Below, in pieces: positions 1 to 13,816 of a stretch of DNA of 64,000 bases. The notes under the pieces are model-generated. The model saw only the letters and a program-made list of their open reading frames with translations, made no database searches and was not told the DNA's origin. Each line of letters begins with the position of its first letter. Position 1 is the first letter of the stretch. The DNA is from Callorhinchus milii. Taxonomy: Eukaryota. The stretch is from the NCBI RefSeq assembly GCF_018977255.1, contig NW_024704742.1:51958001-52022000 (forward strand), written 5' to 3'. A program made the position numbers and the translations under genes.

Positions 1-1638
1 AGCTTCATTGTATAGTACCTTATTAAACTGTCTGAATTTTATGTCTTAATGTACATTTTTAGTGAATTGTGTGATGATCAAGATGAGCGACGTCAGTCAC
101 TCGGAGCATGCAAGTCATGTGGTTTTAGCTGGTTAGACTCCAGTTATCCCAATGCATGTTCTGGGGGCTCCCCAAGCCTTGGCACTTGCCAACCTGTGCC
201 TAATACTTTCCGGAATTAGGTAAGCAGGATGCATCCCTCCAGGGAGAGAGAGCACATTCCAACAATCTATCTCTGGGATTTCCATGTGTAGGTGGGATGC
301 ATGGAAATCTCAGTTGGATTTGGATACTCTGAAGCTTGGTGATGGGTTTCTGCATGCATCAGACATTTGCCTGACCAGAAAAACAGAAAAGGAATATTTA
401 CCTACTTTTTGTTGCCAATGCCACTCAGGTCAGATTTAGGTTACAGCCTTTTCTGTCTTCCATGAGCAATGTGATTCAATTCAATAGACAGCACCTCCCA
501 ATGTGACATTTTCATTTTACACATTGTGGCATTTTTGACCAAGTCTGAACATTGATAATAATCTTTGCATTTTATATAGCCCCTTATCCCATCTGTTGAG
601 TCTCATTGAGTTTCATATAGACACTTGTGTCTAGATGTCTCAAAGTGCTTCACAGAATATACTGTAAAGTGAATAGACTATATATTTTGTGGGTAAAATC
701 TGGCAGCCAATTGCGCACAGCAGTGTCCCACAAACAGTCATGGATTTTTTTTAAGGAATTATTACTCCCAGAAAAGTGATCCGCCAACCGACTAACAACC
801 GGGTTCTACTTACTGTTAGGTAAACATGAATGTGGAGTAAGGAATCTTACCCAGTTAGCATTATATTAGGTGAAATGTTATTTCATATTTAATAGGAATT
901 GGATGGAGATTATCCATTGAGATACTTGTTCCATCAATCAACGCTAGCATTCAGCCAAATCAAGTCTGGATTGAACCAGGACCCTGGAAGTGAAAGGAGA
1001 CTATCCTGATCCACTGTGCCAACCAGTGCCCACTAGTGAAAGTGGATAACTATAAAATTTAGCAATCTAATTGAAAATATTGAAGTTAAAAGATATGAGA
1101 TAGTAATATAGTATTTGAATAAGAATAATATAATATTTTTGTACGATCAGACACTACAGTATTTTCATTTTCATCAGATAGGTGTTGAGTCTCATTGAGT
1201 TTCATATAGACACTTGTGTCCGTAAACTTCACTCACATTAATCAAGCCTTGGCTCTCACCAACCTGCACCTAATGCTTTCCAGAATTAGGTAAGCAGGCT
1301 GTGTCTCCAGGGGAAGAGTGCATTTCTTTCCAGATGCAGAGAAATTTTCTCTGTGTAGATGGCTTGAATGTGGAACTTTCTGGTTTGGACAATTAACCAT
1401 AGTGATGTGTTTTTGCATGAGACACACCCAGATGATGAAACAAAAATAATTTTATGCTGCCTTCAATCTAAATTGCGGACAACACTGGAAAAAAAGATTA
1501 AAATAGCTGTTGTTTTAAAAATGCCTAAATTTAACATTGTTAGTGTTGATGTGAAAATTTGCAATGTCAATATATGAAACTGTTTTTGTTCTAACCACAT
1601 ACAACATGTAACTATTTAGCGAATGAAAACACTGGTAC

Positions 1639-1797
1639 CTTAATCTTCCATCATTATAAGCTGGAGTTCCATCAACAATGGATTTTATAAAAAATGGCTG
1701 GTTCCCATGGTTTTCTTCATATCCTCCAACAATGCTGAATCCCAGGCTACCAGACGTGTTTCTTCTCAGTACAATGTCTTTACACCAATACAGGTAT
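1639..1797 (-). CDS. LNX1: LNX1 exon 10, PDZ4 N-terminal part (final exon lies outside the window, beyond position 1)
   Basis: Acceptor ccttcttag|, donor AG|GTACCA, 159 nt, phase 2-2. [53 protein letters not shown]. Confidence 0.95.
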
Positions 1798-2099
1798 CTA
1801 AGAAGGCACAAGATTAATCACATGTAGAATTCCACCCCTTAACAATACAAAGTTTCATACTATGTAGGCAGTAAAATCTCCAGTACAATTAATGAGTACA
1901 TGAATGTCTAGAAGACGTGAAAAGCACTATATCAAATGCATGGATTATTATTATTAAACCACTTCAATCATGTGCATAGTAAACAGGGCAAGGATGTGTT
2001 GAATCCCATATAAACCGGAACGGCATTTTGAATAATTGTTTTTTGTTAAACTGTACAACTAAAAGGTTCTTAAATTTCAGTTGGCTGGTTCATTTATTT

Positions 2100-2750
2100 A
2101 TTTATTTTTTGGTCAGCCTGATTGTATGCAGAAACTCATCACCATGCATCCCATCTATACATGGAAATTCCAGAGATGTTTATTAGAATGGAATTTGCAC
2201 TCTCTCCCTGGAGGGATGCATCCTGGTTACCTAATTCCGGAAAGCATTAGGAGCAGGTTTGTAGTAGCCAAGGCTTGTGGACCCCAGAGTATATGTTGTG
2301 GTACTGCTAGAGTCTATCCAGCTAAAAATGTATAACTTGCTATTGATATCACTATCTGGCAAGCTTTTTTGTTGCTTGTCCAGCTGGGACCACCCTTACC
2401 ATTAGAGCTTTGGCTTGCAGGGTTCATGGAAACTGAGTGGGATGAGTCCCTGCCCCCCAGTGACTGGTCTATACTTCCAAGTCCTATCAATAAGCCAGGG
2501 TGGCTGCTGTCATCAGCAGTGCCCTGGAACACTGGGACACATCTGGTCCAGGATGTGAGATACCAAGACCATCATAGAGGGTGGGCTTCATTCTGACAAA
2601 CATGTCACCTTGGAGCAAGCTCCCTCCCCCCACACCCCCAAAGAGGATAGTCACTAATTGGTCATTTGAGCCCTCAATAGGTGGAAATCTGCTGGACCAG
2701 GACCAGGAACTCCCTGCAAGCTTCTTGGTGGGCAACACTGCTCAGCATGC
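2100..2750 (-). repeat. Unclassified interspersed repeat with poly(A)-like 3' end (longest copy)
   Basis: Homologous copies at about 90-390(+), 1243-1447(+), 11443-11515(+), 32283-32768(-) and 50285-50640(+). Confidence 0.75.
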
Positions 2751-4863
2751 AAGGAAAAAAAATCATGGTCATATGTCACTCTTTCTTGGAAAGGGATCCA
2801 TTCAAACCAGTATTTCAATTGCAGTTAAAACCCTGTAAAATTATATCCATGAAATGGTCAAGTTACTTTGCTATTTGCTGCTGGAAACCTTAACTGCAAA
2901 TGTAGTTTTAGGACTAGAGCCGTGCTATAAAATTACTTCAGCCACTAAAATGCTACTTACAGAACCTCAAAACTTGTTTTCAGTACCTCCTGTGAATGCT
3001 AGTCATACAATGATTCTATTGTATTGGCCAAAGTGTCAAATACATCAAGAAAATGAGCACTTATAGAATTAATGATAGAAAGTACACAATATATTTCAAA
3101 TATTTCTCTTGCAAAGCACATGTCATCTTGGCGGTAGTAATTTTGTTGAGCTGTAAACTGAGTTAATCAAAGTGAAGTAGAATATATCAAGCAGAGGAAT
3201 ACGACTGGTTACTGCTGTATTTTCTATTGATAGCGCTAACTAACGAGAGTTTGGACATTTCTCAAAACTTGAAATGCAATGGAAGCAATACCATTAATGC
3301 TTTTCAGCAGTTTGAACAAATTTCTTTCTGCTGAATAGTGTTCTTCTAATTCTTTTTTTAAAAAGTGCCTAATTTCTGAAATGGCCGTAATTCAGACCCG
3401 TTTATTCACTGACAGCTGTCAGCAAGGTTTTTGCTGCAAACCACAGTGCTTACATTCCTACATCCTATGTGGTCAAGCCAAGAGAAAACCCCAACAGAGC
3501 TAATATTTAAATAGTAAATGTTAGACATGCTTTTTAAACATTCGTTACTACAGTTATAAAGCACCAAATAAACAGTGCTGATGTGGGTCTCCAAGACCTG
3601 CACCACTGAGGCTTAGACCTGTATGTGTGTGCTGAAATACGTCACCTTTTTAATTTACTGGATTGGAGGAAGAAAACACTGTGTGGTCTCCAGAGCCTGG
3701 AACTGCAGCTCATTACCTAACAGACTCCTGACTGTAGTTGTTACACCTCTTTTAGTCAGTTGTGCCTATGAGATATTGGAAAGAAATAACCTTTCCTTAT
3801 TCCTGCTTTCTCCATTACAGCAAGATTAATGTATCAAATAATACTGTCCTATTTTGAAAGCCAAACATGACTAATATTGTGGTCATTTACACAAAATCAT
3901 AATAACATTAACAAATTATAGTGCCTTTCACAGTGGGAGGACGTCCCAAGGCGCTGATAAATGGAAAAAAAATTGAGAAAACTTTGTACATCATTTCAGT
4001 TATCTCACGAGGGGTGGAGCTGAGAATCTGTCACACATCTTAACAGTCATAGAGGGAATGTGCTGAATATTGGAATTTATGGCAAAACGCTTCCATCTAA
4101 TAGTGCACTATGCATTTGACAGAGTATTATGTGAACGTCACATAGAGTTGCTTTTAAAGAGAAGTGACTAATTTGTTGCCAATTTTGCCACGCACAGCAA
4201 CGAGATGAATGACTAGTTGTTAACCTTTTATTGATGAATTTTGGATGAGAGAAAAATATTCTAATGGTAAGTGTGCAGCAGCTGCTTTTCCAATGCTAAA
4301 CATGCACTAGATGCTATATAGTAGTCATTAAAAGTATTATTGAGACTTCCCTAGACATAATAGTGCAGACTTTGCCAAGAGACTAAATTAATACCACTGA
4401 AATTCTCAACAGCACTTCCTGTTAGCCAGTGTCAGCTTCTTTCAGTTGGTCACATTCTCACCTCTGGGGCAGAATAGATTGTGGGTTCAAAGCCAATATT
4501 ACTCATGTGTCCAGGCTGAAACCAACTTCAATGCTGTATTAGGGGAACACTGCACTGTCAGAAATGCTGTCCTTTGGATAAAACAAAAATAATCCAGTCT
4601 GCCTGTTCACATAGATCAGAGATCTGCTAACATCCTTTGAAAATAATTCTATAGATAAAATCAATTGTTTATGGTGGTGGACTCTTGCTGTGTGCAAAAT
4701 GGCTCACAAATACTCACTATACTTGATATCAAGCACTTTGTTGCATTATGATGCAAGGATTATACATGTACAGCTATTGGCAGCAATGGCTGAAGAGAGG
4801 AGGCTGAATGAGCAGAACAATAAATCTGACTGAAATTAGAAATTTTACTTCATTGGGAAAGGT

Positions 4864-5641
4864 GAACATAAGAACATAAGAATTAGGAGCAGGAGTAGGC
4901 CATTTGGCCCCTCGAGCCTGTCCCGCCATTCAATAAGATCATGGCTGATTTTCAGACCTAACTCTAATTACCTGCCCTATCCCCATATCCTCTAATCCCT
5001 CTATTTTTTAAAAATCTCTCAGTCTTAGCCTTGAAAATGTTCAAGGACTGAGCATCTACAGCCTTCTGGGGTAGTGAATTCCATCAATTCACTACCATCT
5101 GAGTGAAGAAATGTTTCCTCAACTCTGTTCTGAAAGGCTGACCCTTAATTTTAAGACTGCGACCCCTGGTTATAGATTCTCCTACCAGGGGAAACAGTCC
5201 CTCAGTGTCTACTTTATCCAGCCCTTTAAGAATCTTATATGTTTCAATAAGATCTCCCCTAATTCTTCTGTACTCTAGAGAATACAGTCCTAGTTTATTC
5301 AGCCTATCCTCATAGGTCAGTCCCCTCATCCCAGGAACTAACCGAGTGAATCTACGCTGCAACCCTTTAGGCAAATATGTTCTTTTTTAAATAAGGAGAC
5401 CAAAACTGCACACAATACTCTAGATACGGTCTCACCAAAGCCCTATTGCAATGAACGTTTGCCTTCTTAGTTGCTGGCTGCACCTGCAAACTAACTTTTT
5501 GAGACTGGTGTACAAGGACACCCAAATCCCTTTGAACACCAACACTATCTAATCTTTCCCCCTCTAGAAAATAAACTGTTTTTCTATTTTTGCTACCTAG
5601 GTAAATAACTTCACACTTCCCCACATTAAATTCCATCTGCA
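4864..5641 (-). mobile_element. CR1-clade LINE, 5'-truncated and frameshifted (RT C-terminus, 3'UTR, tail)
   Basis: ORF pieces QMEFNVGKCEVIYLG, ALVRPYLEYCVQFWSPY and RRIRGDLIETYKILKGLDKV are typical of CR1 ORF2; (TTCTTATG)n tail at about 4864-4882. Confidence 0.9.
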
Positions 5642-6720
5642 CATTGTGAAGCGCATTTACAGCATTTAAAGCTCAATGCAGTTTCCCCAAGTGATTTTAT
5701 TTAAATCAGTGACATTATGTTCTGAGCTTGTTTACTATGTGATATTTCAGTTGATTATAATAATTATTGTATTATATCTGAAGCAGTACATCAATGGAAT
5801 TCCCTATGGGAAAGTAGATAAAGGCACCACCCAAAGTAATACTAAGCTATACAAACTAGAAGGTCACAGGTTAGATTAATAGTCTGTGCTGAGTTAGCTG
5901 CTCTAATCTAGGATTGAATTCAGGCACCACAATTGACAGTGCCCTTTGGTTAATTAGATGTATAAACCACTATTTTGTGCAAAGTTTGGTGAGAACAGAT
6001 CAGACTTAGCTACTAGCAGCAAGGAGGGGAGAAATTAACCTCTCAAAAAGTAAGGTGTTCTGTGACTACAGAAGAATAACCTAATAAATATTAATATCTA
6101 AACAATGGATCAACTATATATACCTGCTAATTTAAACACATACACTCATTTGTAATCATTTATTCTTCTCTTCACAGATTAGCTGTCACCATGTGTCACA
6201 CGCAATAAATCTATTCTTAAATATTTCAGGCCCTACAAGTTTCTTGTAGAAAAGCTGGAACAAACTGACCTTTTGTAACATGGGTAAAAATGTAACTCTT
6301 CCTCAGAATGTAGTCCTCAAGAGGGAACATAGCAAAATATCTACTAGATGGTTTAGTTTCATTGAAAATATTGTAATCCATTGGCTGTTCTGGTTCTAGT
6401 TACTGGGCATACATTTTACTTGTAATAATTATAAAACTCCAAAGAGAGCTGAACAGAGTCCTTGTGTTCTGAGAGCAGTGCTGCCAGACACCTAGCAAAA
6501 GACTGGACTAGTTTGGTCTCATTTTATCATACAAAGAGTAGGCAGAATGCTCGACTGCAACCTGAATATGAAAATATAAGATAAGGACAATACTACTAAA
6601 CTTCAAAAAATGGAACTATAAGGATCACGGGTGATAATAGTTTATTAAGTTTCTTAATAAAGGCCTTTGGCTTCAATTTTTTTTTACAAATTCCTGAGTT
6701 TAGTTTTTAAAAACAAATTT

Positions 6721-7085
6721 GGTGCTCCCAATGGCCTTGGGGTAAATCCCAGCACTAAGCAAGTTCATATGGTTGTAAATTCAATCTTGAGTCTAAGATG
6801 AGTTAACTGATATCAGCTGAGGCCCATTAGGGGCAATACATTTGGATTTAGTGTTTCTAGGCTAGGTTGGGAAAAGTCAGCAGGGTTCCATTGAACACCA
6901 AAATGCTTGTGTTTGATCAGTGGGTGTGAATGAGACCAGGATTTGCTGTGTTGCCCTCTATGGTTCCAATAATCCTGGCAACACTTACTGATTAGACTCA
7001 CATTAAGAATGGCCAATTGGGTGAGGTATTGGAAGGCCTTGTGGAACCGTACGTCAGTGCTTTCAGTAGATGGGAAAGGAAGAAA
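6721..7085 (+). mobile_element. Ancient SINE resembling AmnSINE2
   Basis: gagttaactgatatcagctg...aagaatggccaattgggtgaggtattggaagg...gtggaaccgtac matches my recollection of the AmnSINE2 consensus. Related pieces at about 5880-6030(+), 32768-33020(-) and 56915-57085(+). Confidence 0.55.
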
Positions 7086-9072
7086 CTTGGTGAAAACAAA
7101 ATGTTAAATCTAGCTTCAGAGGACAAATATTGGCCATATGATTGACAAGAATGTACTCTCCTACATAGATGGAACTGTCCTAAAATCATTCCCTTTGGGG
7201 AAGCAGTGATAAATAAGATAATTGGGCATTGCTTTGAATAATGATCCTAGCAAATGCACTTTGAGCTCACAGCATAACCCTATTATCACCGTTGGTGGTC
7301 AAGAGACTGACAGTGTATGAAGCCACCTAGCTATTCCCATTTGGTGTTGTGCTTCACCACTGTCAAGGGCTCTGGGACACATGAGCGGCGCTATATAAAT
7401 GCAAGTTACTGTAAGTGAATTCAGTACTCGAGAACGGCACTCAGAAGAGTGTGATATTCCCAGTGCAAGCAAGAAATTCTACTCTATAACTTGGAATTGG
7501 AAGAGGAGAATCCTGAGCATTCAGAGCTGAGAAGTGCAGCTCTTCTGATTGAAGCGGGAGATTATTTTTTTCATTGTAGCTGAGGATTCAGACCATCATT
7601 AGTGGTCGGTTAACTCAGAGAAGTTAAGAACTCACAACATTTTCTGGACAGAGCAGAGCACCTTTCTTTTGTTTGTAGGTTAGTTTGTTATTCTTTTTAT
7701 TGTCTCATTCATTTTATAGGGGTTGTAGATCAAGGGGAGCGGAAAGTACCTGAACGTTTCGATCTCAAGGGATATTCTGTTTAATGACAATGCTTACGGT
7801 TGCTGGGTGAGATTTTCTGTTATAAAAATCTTGGTTATTTTGAAAATAAATAAAGGAAAGAGTGAAAGCAAGCCAGGGAAAAAGAATGCTAAATTTATCA
7901 AACACAGGGCTGTCTAAAAATGCTATTCAAAACAAACCCTATTTTGAGCTTTGGAATTGACAGATAGACTGGGATACTTTCTTCAGGTCCTGTAAATGTT
8001 CCTAAGTATGAAACATGGCTGCCATGTCAGGAAAAAATAAAGAAATTTAGAATTTTTGCTTTGTTGTATTAAATATTAACCTGGTTGTTGTAGAGTGTTA
8101 CATTATTGGGCCTATTGATACTAAGCTAGACTTATTTTCAAAAAGATTTTAATGGGTGTTTTCTATATAGTTAGAAGAATGAGTGCTTAGAAGAATATTT
8201 TGCAGCATATACTCAGTGTTAGGTTGAAAGGAGCAACAAAATTTTCGTTCTCAACCAAGTTAAAATAAGCAATCTGAGACTTATATAACAGCACTGTCAT
8301 TCTCTTCTAACAACTATTATAAAATCATGGTAGGATATAAAACCCTCCAAAACAGATATGGTTTTATTACGTTTTAACAAGTGTTATTTCTTTTTATAAA
8401 AATATTTTTCTAGGGTCTCAGGTCGACACACCATTAACCTTGCAGGATTTATTGTCGTTTACAAGGGTCATAGTAAAACCGCTGGCTGAACTTAGCAATT
8501 ATTAGCTGATGGACTGGAGAACCTTAAGCCTGTTGCATGAGTGCTGGGTTACCTAGATTGGCAGCGGAGAGAATATGGTTTTCGTCACTTCACTTTAATC
8601 TATCTTTAGTATCAACACTTTGTTCCACTCCCATGAGATAAACAAACCTCTGAACATCAACAGCCAAGTGAGGATAGAAATGTTCGCTTGTAGCTAGTGG
8701 GGGATGGAGAGCTCTATTGCAGGAACAATTGACACGGATACAATTGTCAACATTAATTAGCAAACAGGGTACCTTTTTATTCCACTATAATTTCCAAAGT
8801 TTCCTTTGTATTTTGACCACAAAAAGCCTTTTTTTTAAAAAACCTATTGCGCCCTCTTGATATTTTTAAGACTTTAAAATGCACTTTGTCATTTAAAAAA
8901 AACTATTTTTTCCCATTGCTTGGGAGCAAAAGCTATAATTTTAATAATAATAATCCTTGCATTTTATAAAGCGCCTTATCACGTCTGAGACATCGCAAAG
9001 TATTTCATAGAATACACTATAAATTGAATTGACTGTATATTTTGCAGGCGAAAATAGTAGTCAATTGCACAC

Positions 9073-9445
9073 AACAACAACAAATTACATTTGTATAGTG
9101 CCTTTCATGTCAAGAGGACGTCCCCCAAGGTACTGGACAGTCAGAGATCCTCACCCGAGTTAGTGGTTGGGATCAGGAGGGCGGGGAGGGTACCTGTAGG
9201 AGGGTGACCAAAAGCACGGTAGAAGAGGAGGGTCTTGAAAGAAATAAAGGAGGTGTGAGGTGGAGGGACTTTGGGGTGGAATTCCAGAGTGTGGGGGCAG
9301 AAGGCCCGCCTGCCAATGGTGGGATGGGCAAGGCGGGGGATGTGAAGCAAGCCAGAGCCCGCTGAGCGGAGAGAATGGACGGTTGGTAGGGGGTTAGGAG
9401 GTCACAGATTTAGGGAGGAGCAAGGCTGTGGAGGTCTTTGAAGGT
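9073..9445 (-). mobile_element. L2 3' fragment nested in a SINE tail
   Basis: LHIPRLAHPTIGRRAF plus a (TTG)n tail; the flanks rejoin into one SINE tail. Confidence 0.8.
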
Positions 9446-10369
9446 GTACAGCAGTGTCACACAACGAGTCATGGATTGAGTGACCAAATTATTATTATTT
9501 TTTAAAAGGGATTATTACCGGAAAATCAATCTGCCAATCGACTAACAACTGCTTTCCTATTTGTGGCATCTGAGTAAAAATGTTTTTGTAGAATAGCTAC
9601 TCACTTAACAAGCCAAATATACTAAAAAAAATACAGTCCATAACAACAAAATAATAATATAATCATTTTTGCATTTCATATAGCGCTTTATCACTTGATT
9701 GATTCATCTCAAAGCTCTTCACAGGATTTAACGTAAGTAAATTGCGTATTTTGTGGTTGAAATGCAGCACCAGTTGCACACAACAATGGCCCACAAACAG
9801 CTAAGGAGTGAATTATTAATTTGTTTTGGGGGGGGGGTGATTTTTGGCCAAGGAACTGGGAGAAACTCCCTTCTTTTTTTGAATAGTGCCAAGAGATCTT
9901 TAACGTCCACCTGAACAGGCAGATGGGACCTCAGTTTATCGTCTAAATCAAAAATGCGATAAATAATAAAGAGATCAAACAGTTTTTAATTTTTAAATAC
10001 CCCAAACCATATTATTTGCCAAGGATGCTGACTTTATGGAAGATTTGCTTGTAATTTGATGTCTGGTTTATGGCTAGATACACAATGCTTTGTGAATCAA
10101 ATGTTTCATACTTCAATGAAAAGGGGACCTTTTCATTCTGTGTAGTCTTGGGTTTTATGCTCAATTAAATATGCTTAAAAACCTACAATAAAGTCAGATT
10201 AAGATAAAGCATCTTTTCTTCTCTTAAAAAACATTCCTAGTTATAAAACTTGGATTTTATGGATAAATCTGTCAAACAGACATTCTCGATTAGCCATTCC
10301 TTTGAAATTACAATCCTGCAAAAGGAAACAGAACATTAACTCTAATAAATCATTCCACCATACAAATAT

Positions 10370-10815
10370 AGTGGATGACAACCAAATCTATGTCTCCTCC
10401 TCCAGCTGCGACTTCCAGTCCGCTGATGTCCTGTCTGCTTGTTTGATGGACACCAAGGCCTGGATGAGCACAAATTTCCTCCAGCTGCATATCGGCAAGA
10501 CAGAAGCCATAGCCATACTCTCTGGCTCCTGTCAACCTCTTCTCTAGTGCAGGTCTGAGCTCCTCAACCTCCCCTGGGCTCTCCCTCAGACTCAACCACT
10601 ACACCCCGAAATTCTGGAACTCTCTCCCTCAATAAGCTCCACCTTGCCCCTTCTCTCCCCACTTTCAAATCCCACCTAAACACTTTCCTTTTTGATCTTG
10701 CTTACGGTCACCTCCCTCTCCCCTTGGCTCAGTGTCAGACTCTGCCATTGTCAAGTACTCCAGGATGTTACCCCACATGATGGGTGCTATATAAATACAC
10801 AAGTTGTTGTTTTTG
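10370..10815 (+). mobile_element. L2 fragment with an internal deletion
   Basis: DDNQIY...CLMDTKAWMSTNFLQLHIGKTEA (RT motif region), then a 3'UTR and a gttgttg tail. Confidence 0.75.
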
Positions 10816-12025
10816 TATAGCACGGTTACATGGTTGGTTCTTATTGGCCAGCATTTATACATGAGCAAATGTGCCAAATAATATGGGAGTCTTAAGGTTG
10901 AGTGTGTTATGACAGAACTCATGAGTTGTATAAAATCATATTCAGTGTGAACATGCTGTGTGTTTGATGTTTTCTAGGTTTTTGGGGGAGGAGAGGGAGA
11001 GAGACGGTGATTAGTTGTAGATGCAGAGAATTTCTTTCAAATGAATCAATTCACTAGACATTGAACTCACAGAAAGTTAATAGCTGTTAGTCTGCTGCAC
11101 AAATTAACAGTTTAACAATCATTGGAAATTAATTGCATTCAACAAAACATTAATACTCAGAAATCACTGGCTTCCACCTAAATGTGGATCATGAGACAAT
11201 TATTGAAAACAACAATTTGCACTGATATAGTGCCTTACATGTCTCACAATATAAAGCCATAGAAATTTACACTACAGAAGAAGGCCAATTGGCCCATCAT
11301 TTATGTGCTGGCTCTATCAAAGAACAATATTAGCTTTTGAAAGCTAATATATATTCAGCCTCAAACAATGCTCCCAGTGTTAACCAATCTGTGTGAAAAA
11401 AGTTCTCTTTTCCCATTTAGTAGCTATCTTAAATTGAATTCTCAGTCTGGTTTGGATACTCTTAAGCATGGTGATGGGTTTCCGCATGTGTCAGACACCT
11501 GGCTGACCAAAAATAGATCACTTGAAATCTGCAATATCCAATTCAGTTTATTCATCTTGATGTGGACCGAATATAACAATAACAAATTGCATTTATATAG
11601 CGCCTTTCATGTCTGAAGACGTCCCAAGGTGATAAACAGTGAGAGTTTGCACCCGTGCTGGAGGCTGGAATTGGAGCTTATTGCGGGAGAAGACACAAGC
11701 TGCATAGGATATCTACAGCTCCTGCAGCAAAACAGTATGATTGTGTCTTTACGCCACTGAAATGAATTATCCTCTCAATTTACATGCATGTGATTACATT
11801 ACTGTGATTGAGACTGCAAACAGTGTTGATAAAAAAAAACAGATCGTGAGGTAACTGTGTTAGAGGTAAAAAAAAATACAAAACTGAATAAATATCTTAT
11901 TGGTGCTCCTAAATATTCTTTAGGAACAAATCCTTAATAAGTCTCCAGGGGTTGTGGATTCAGTCTAGCCTTAAAATGAAAACAGTGTATAGAACAATGC
12001 TGCACTGTTTGACTTGTTGACTTAC

Positions 12026-12257
12026 CGAGGCAGTCCAAGCCACATTGTCCAGGCTGGAGACCAGTCATCATCAGGCATATTGTTCTGATTGGCATCAAGA
12101 GGCATCTGGGTCCCCACATTCTCCTTATCTGCCACCCTCAGCTCCAAAGCTTTGAGTATGACAGGTGAGGAGGTGGCACTGTGTTTGATCATGGATACTG
12201 CTTCAATCTGTGACAAGCCAGTCAGTTCAATGCCATTGATGTTCAGCAAAATGTCAC
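12026..12257 (-). CDS. LNX1: LNX1 exon 9, PDZ3 C-terminal part and WSPxWxMWL linker
   Basis: Acceptor ttttttttcttag|, donor CG|GTAAGT, 232 nt. GDILLNINGIELTGLSQIEAVSMIK...DWSPAWTMWLGLPR. Confidence 0.95.
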
Positions 12258-12409
12258 CTAAGAAAAAAAATTAAATGCAACTTTGTTTAGTGATATTTAT
12301 AATGCATTGGCAGATGATCCTGTGATTGAATGGGATCATTTGTCAGACGAATGGCACTTTTCGGTCACTGTTAAACAGTACATTAGCTGTTTGTACAGAG
12401 AAAATGATA

Positions 12410-13333
12410 ATCCCTTCCCGTTGACCCTTCCCTCATCTCCTTCATGGTCAGTCTCAAGACTGTGGCTCCTGTCAACGTCTCCTATCCTGCGGCTCTGACC
12501 TCCACAACCTCCTCAGCCTTTCCTTAAGACTTACCGAATCTATACATAACCGAAGTATCAGAGTCGATCCCCAACTTTCCTTCCTACCCCATATCCGGTC
12601 CCTAACCAAGACCTCTTTCCTCCACCTCCATCACATTGCCTGCCTCTGACCGTACCTCACATCAAATGCAGCCAAGACCCTTGTCCATGCCTTTGTCACT
12701 TCCTGCCTCGATTATTTCAGTAACCTCCTCTGCTCTCTGGTCTCCCCAGATCCACTATCCACAAAATCCAACTAATTCAAAACTTCACCACCCATATACT
12801 CACCCGCTCTAAACTCTGTACTGCCATCACACCAGCACTCACCAGACTCCACTGGCTCCCTATCACAGAACACATCGACTTCAAGATCCTCACACGGATC
12901 TACAAATCATCTCCCTATCTCTCCAACATGCTTACCCCACTCCACCATCTGTTGCCTCTGCTCGGCTGCCTCATCCACTCGACTCATAGGCAGCCATGCT
13001 TTTAGCCACTCCGCCCTGAAATTTTGGAACTCTCTCCCTCAATTCCTCTACCTTGCCCCCTCCATCCCCTCTTTCAGATCATGGTCACTTCCCCCTCCTA
13101 GATTTGTAATGTCAGTGCTCTGACATGCTACCCTGTGTGAATGATGCTATATAAATGCAAGTTGCAATTGTTGTTCTTCTTTGACCACACCTTCGATCAT
13201 CTTTCTCCCCTCCCCTACCCCCTTGGTACCCCTGAATCTAATCCCCAACTCAGGTGCAAACCCTCGACAGTCCAGTGCCTTGAGACATCCTCCTGATGTA
13301 AAAGACACTATAAAAATGCAATTTGTTGTTGTT
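12410..13333 (+). mobile_element. Degenerate L2 LINE 3' fragment(s), with two successive tails
   Basis: cttgtccatgcctttgtcacttcctgcctcgattat (LVHAFVTSCLDY), ctccactggctccct (LHWLP), and tails ataaatgcaagttg at about 13160 and atgcaatttgttgttgtt at about 13330. Confidence 0.8.
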
Positions 13334-13638
13334 GATTTTCCTCTGTGTCATGATCGAATTTTGGGGGAACAATAGGAAAACAGCAGGCCTACTTAATGCA
13401 GACAATTAATAAACAAAACCTCAAATACTGTAATCAAATATGTCATAAATAGACTGGAAAATGTATAGAATATAAGTAAATTATATGAAAATAGTGGATT
13501 GTACATTTGAGCCAACACTTTAAGCATTTTGTTATACACATCAGAAAAACTGCTACAGGAAAATTAAATTAATGCAAATAAGTGGCACAAACGTATATAG
13601 TGCTGGATATAAACAACTTGCAGTGAAATCTTGATTAC

Positions 13639-13816
13639 CATTCTTTATTCTTCCATCTTTCCCCAGGCAGCCTTCAGGGTGTACATTTGTAACGTAGATC
13701 GGCAGATCCCAGCTCTTGCTTGACAGGCCGCCTGACACTGTCATTCCCAACGACTCTTGGGGCTCTTTACTAACACTGACGATCTTCTCGTGGCACGTGA
13801 AGGCATGATGGAAATT
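13639..13816 (-). CDS. LNX1: LNX1 exon 8, PDZ3 N-terminal part
   Basis: Acceptor ttttctctag|, donor G|GTAATC, 178 nt. [59 protein letters not shown]. Confidence 0.95.
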
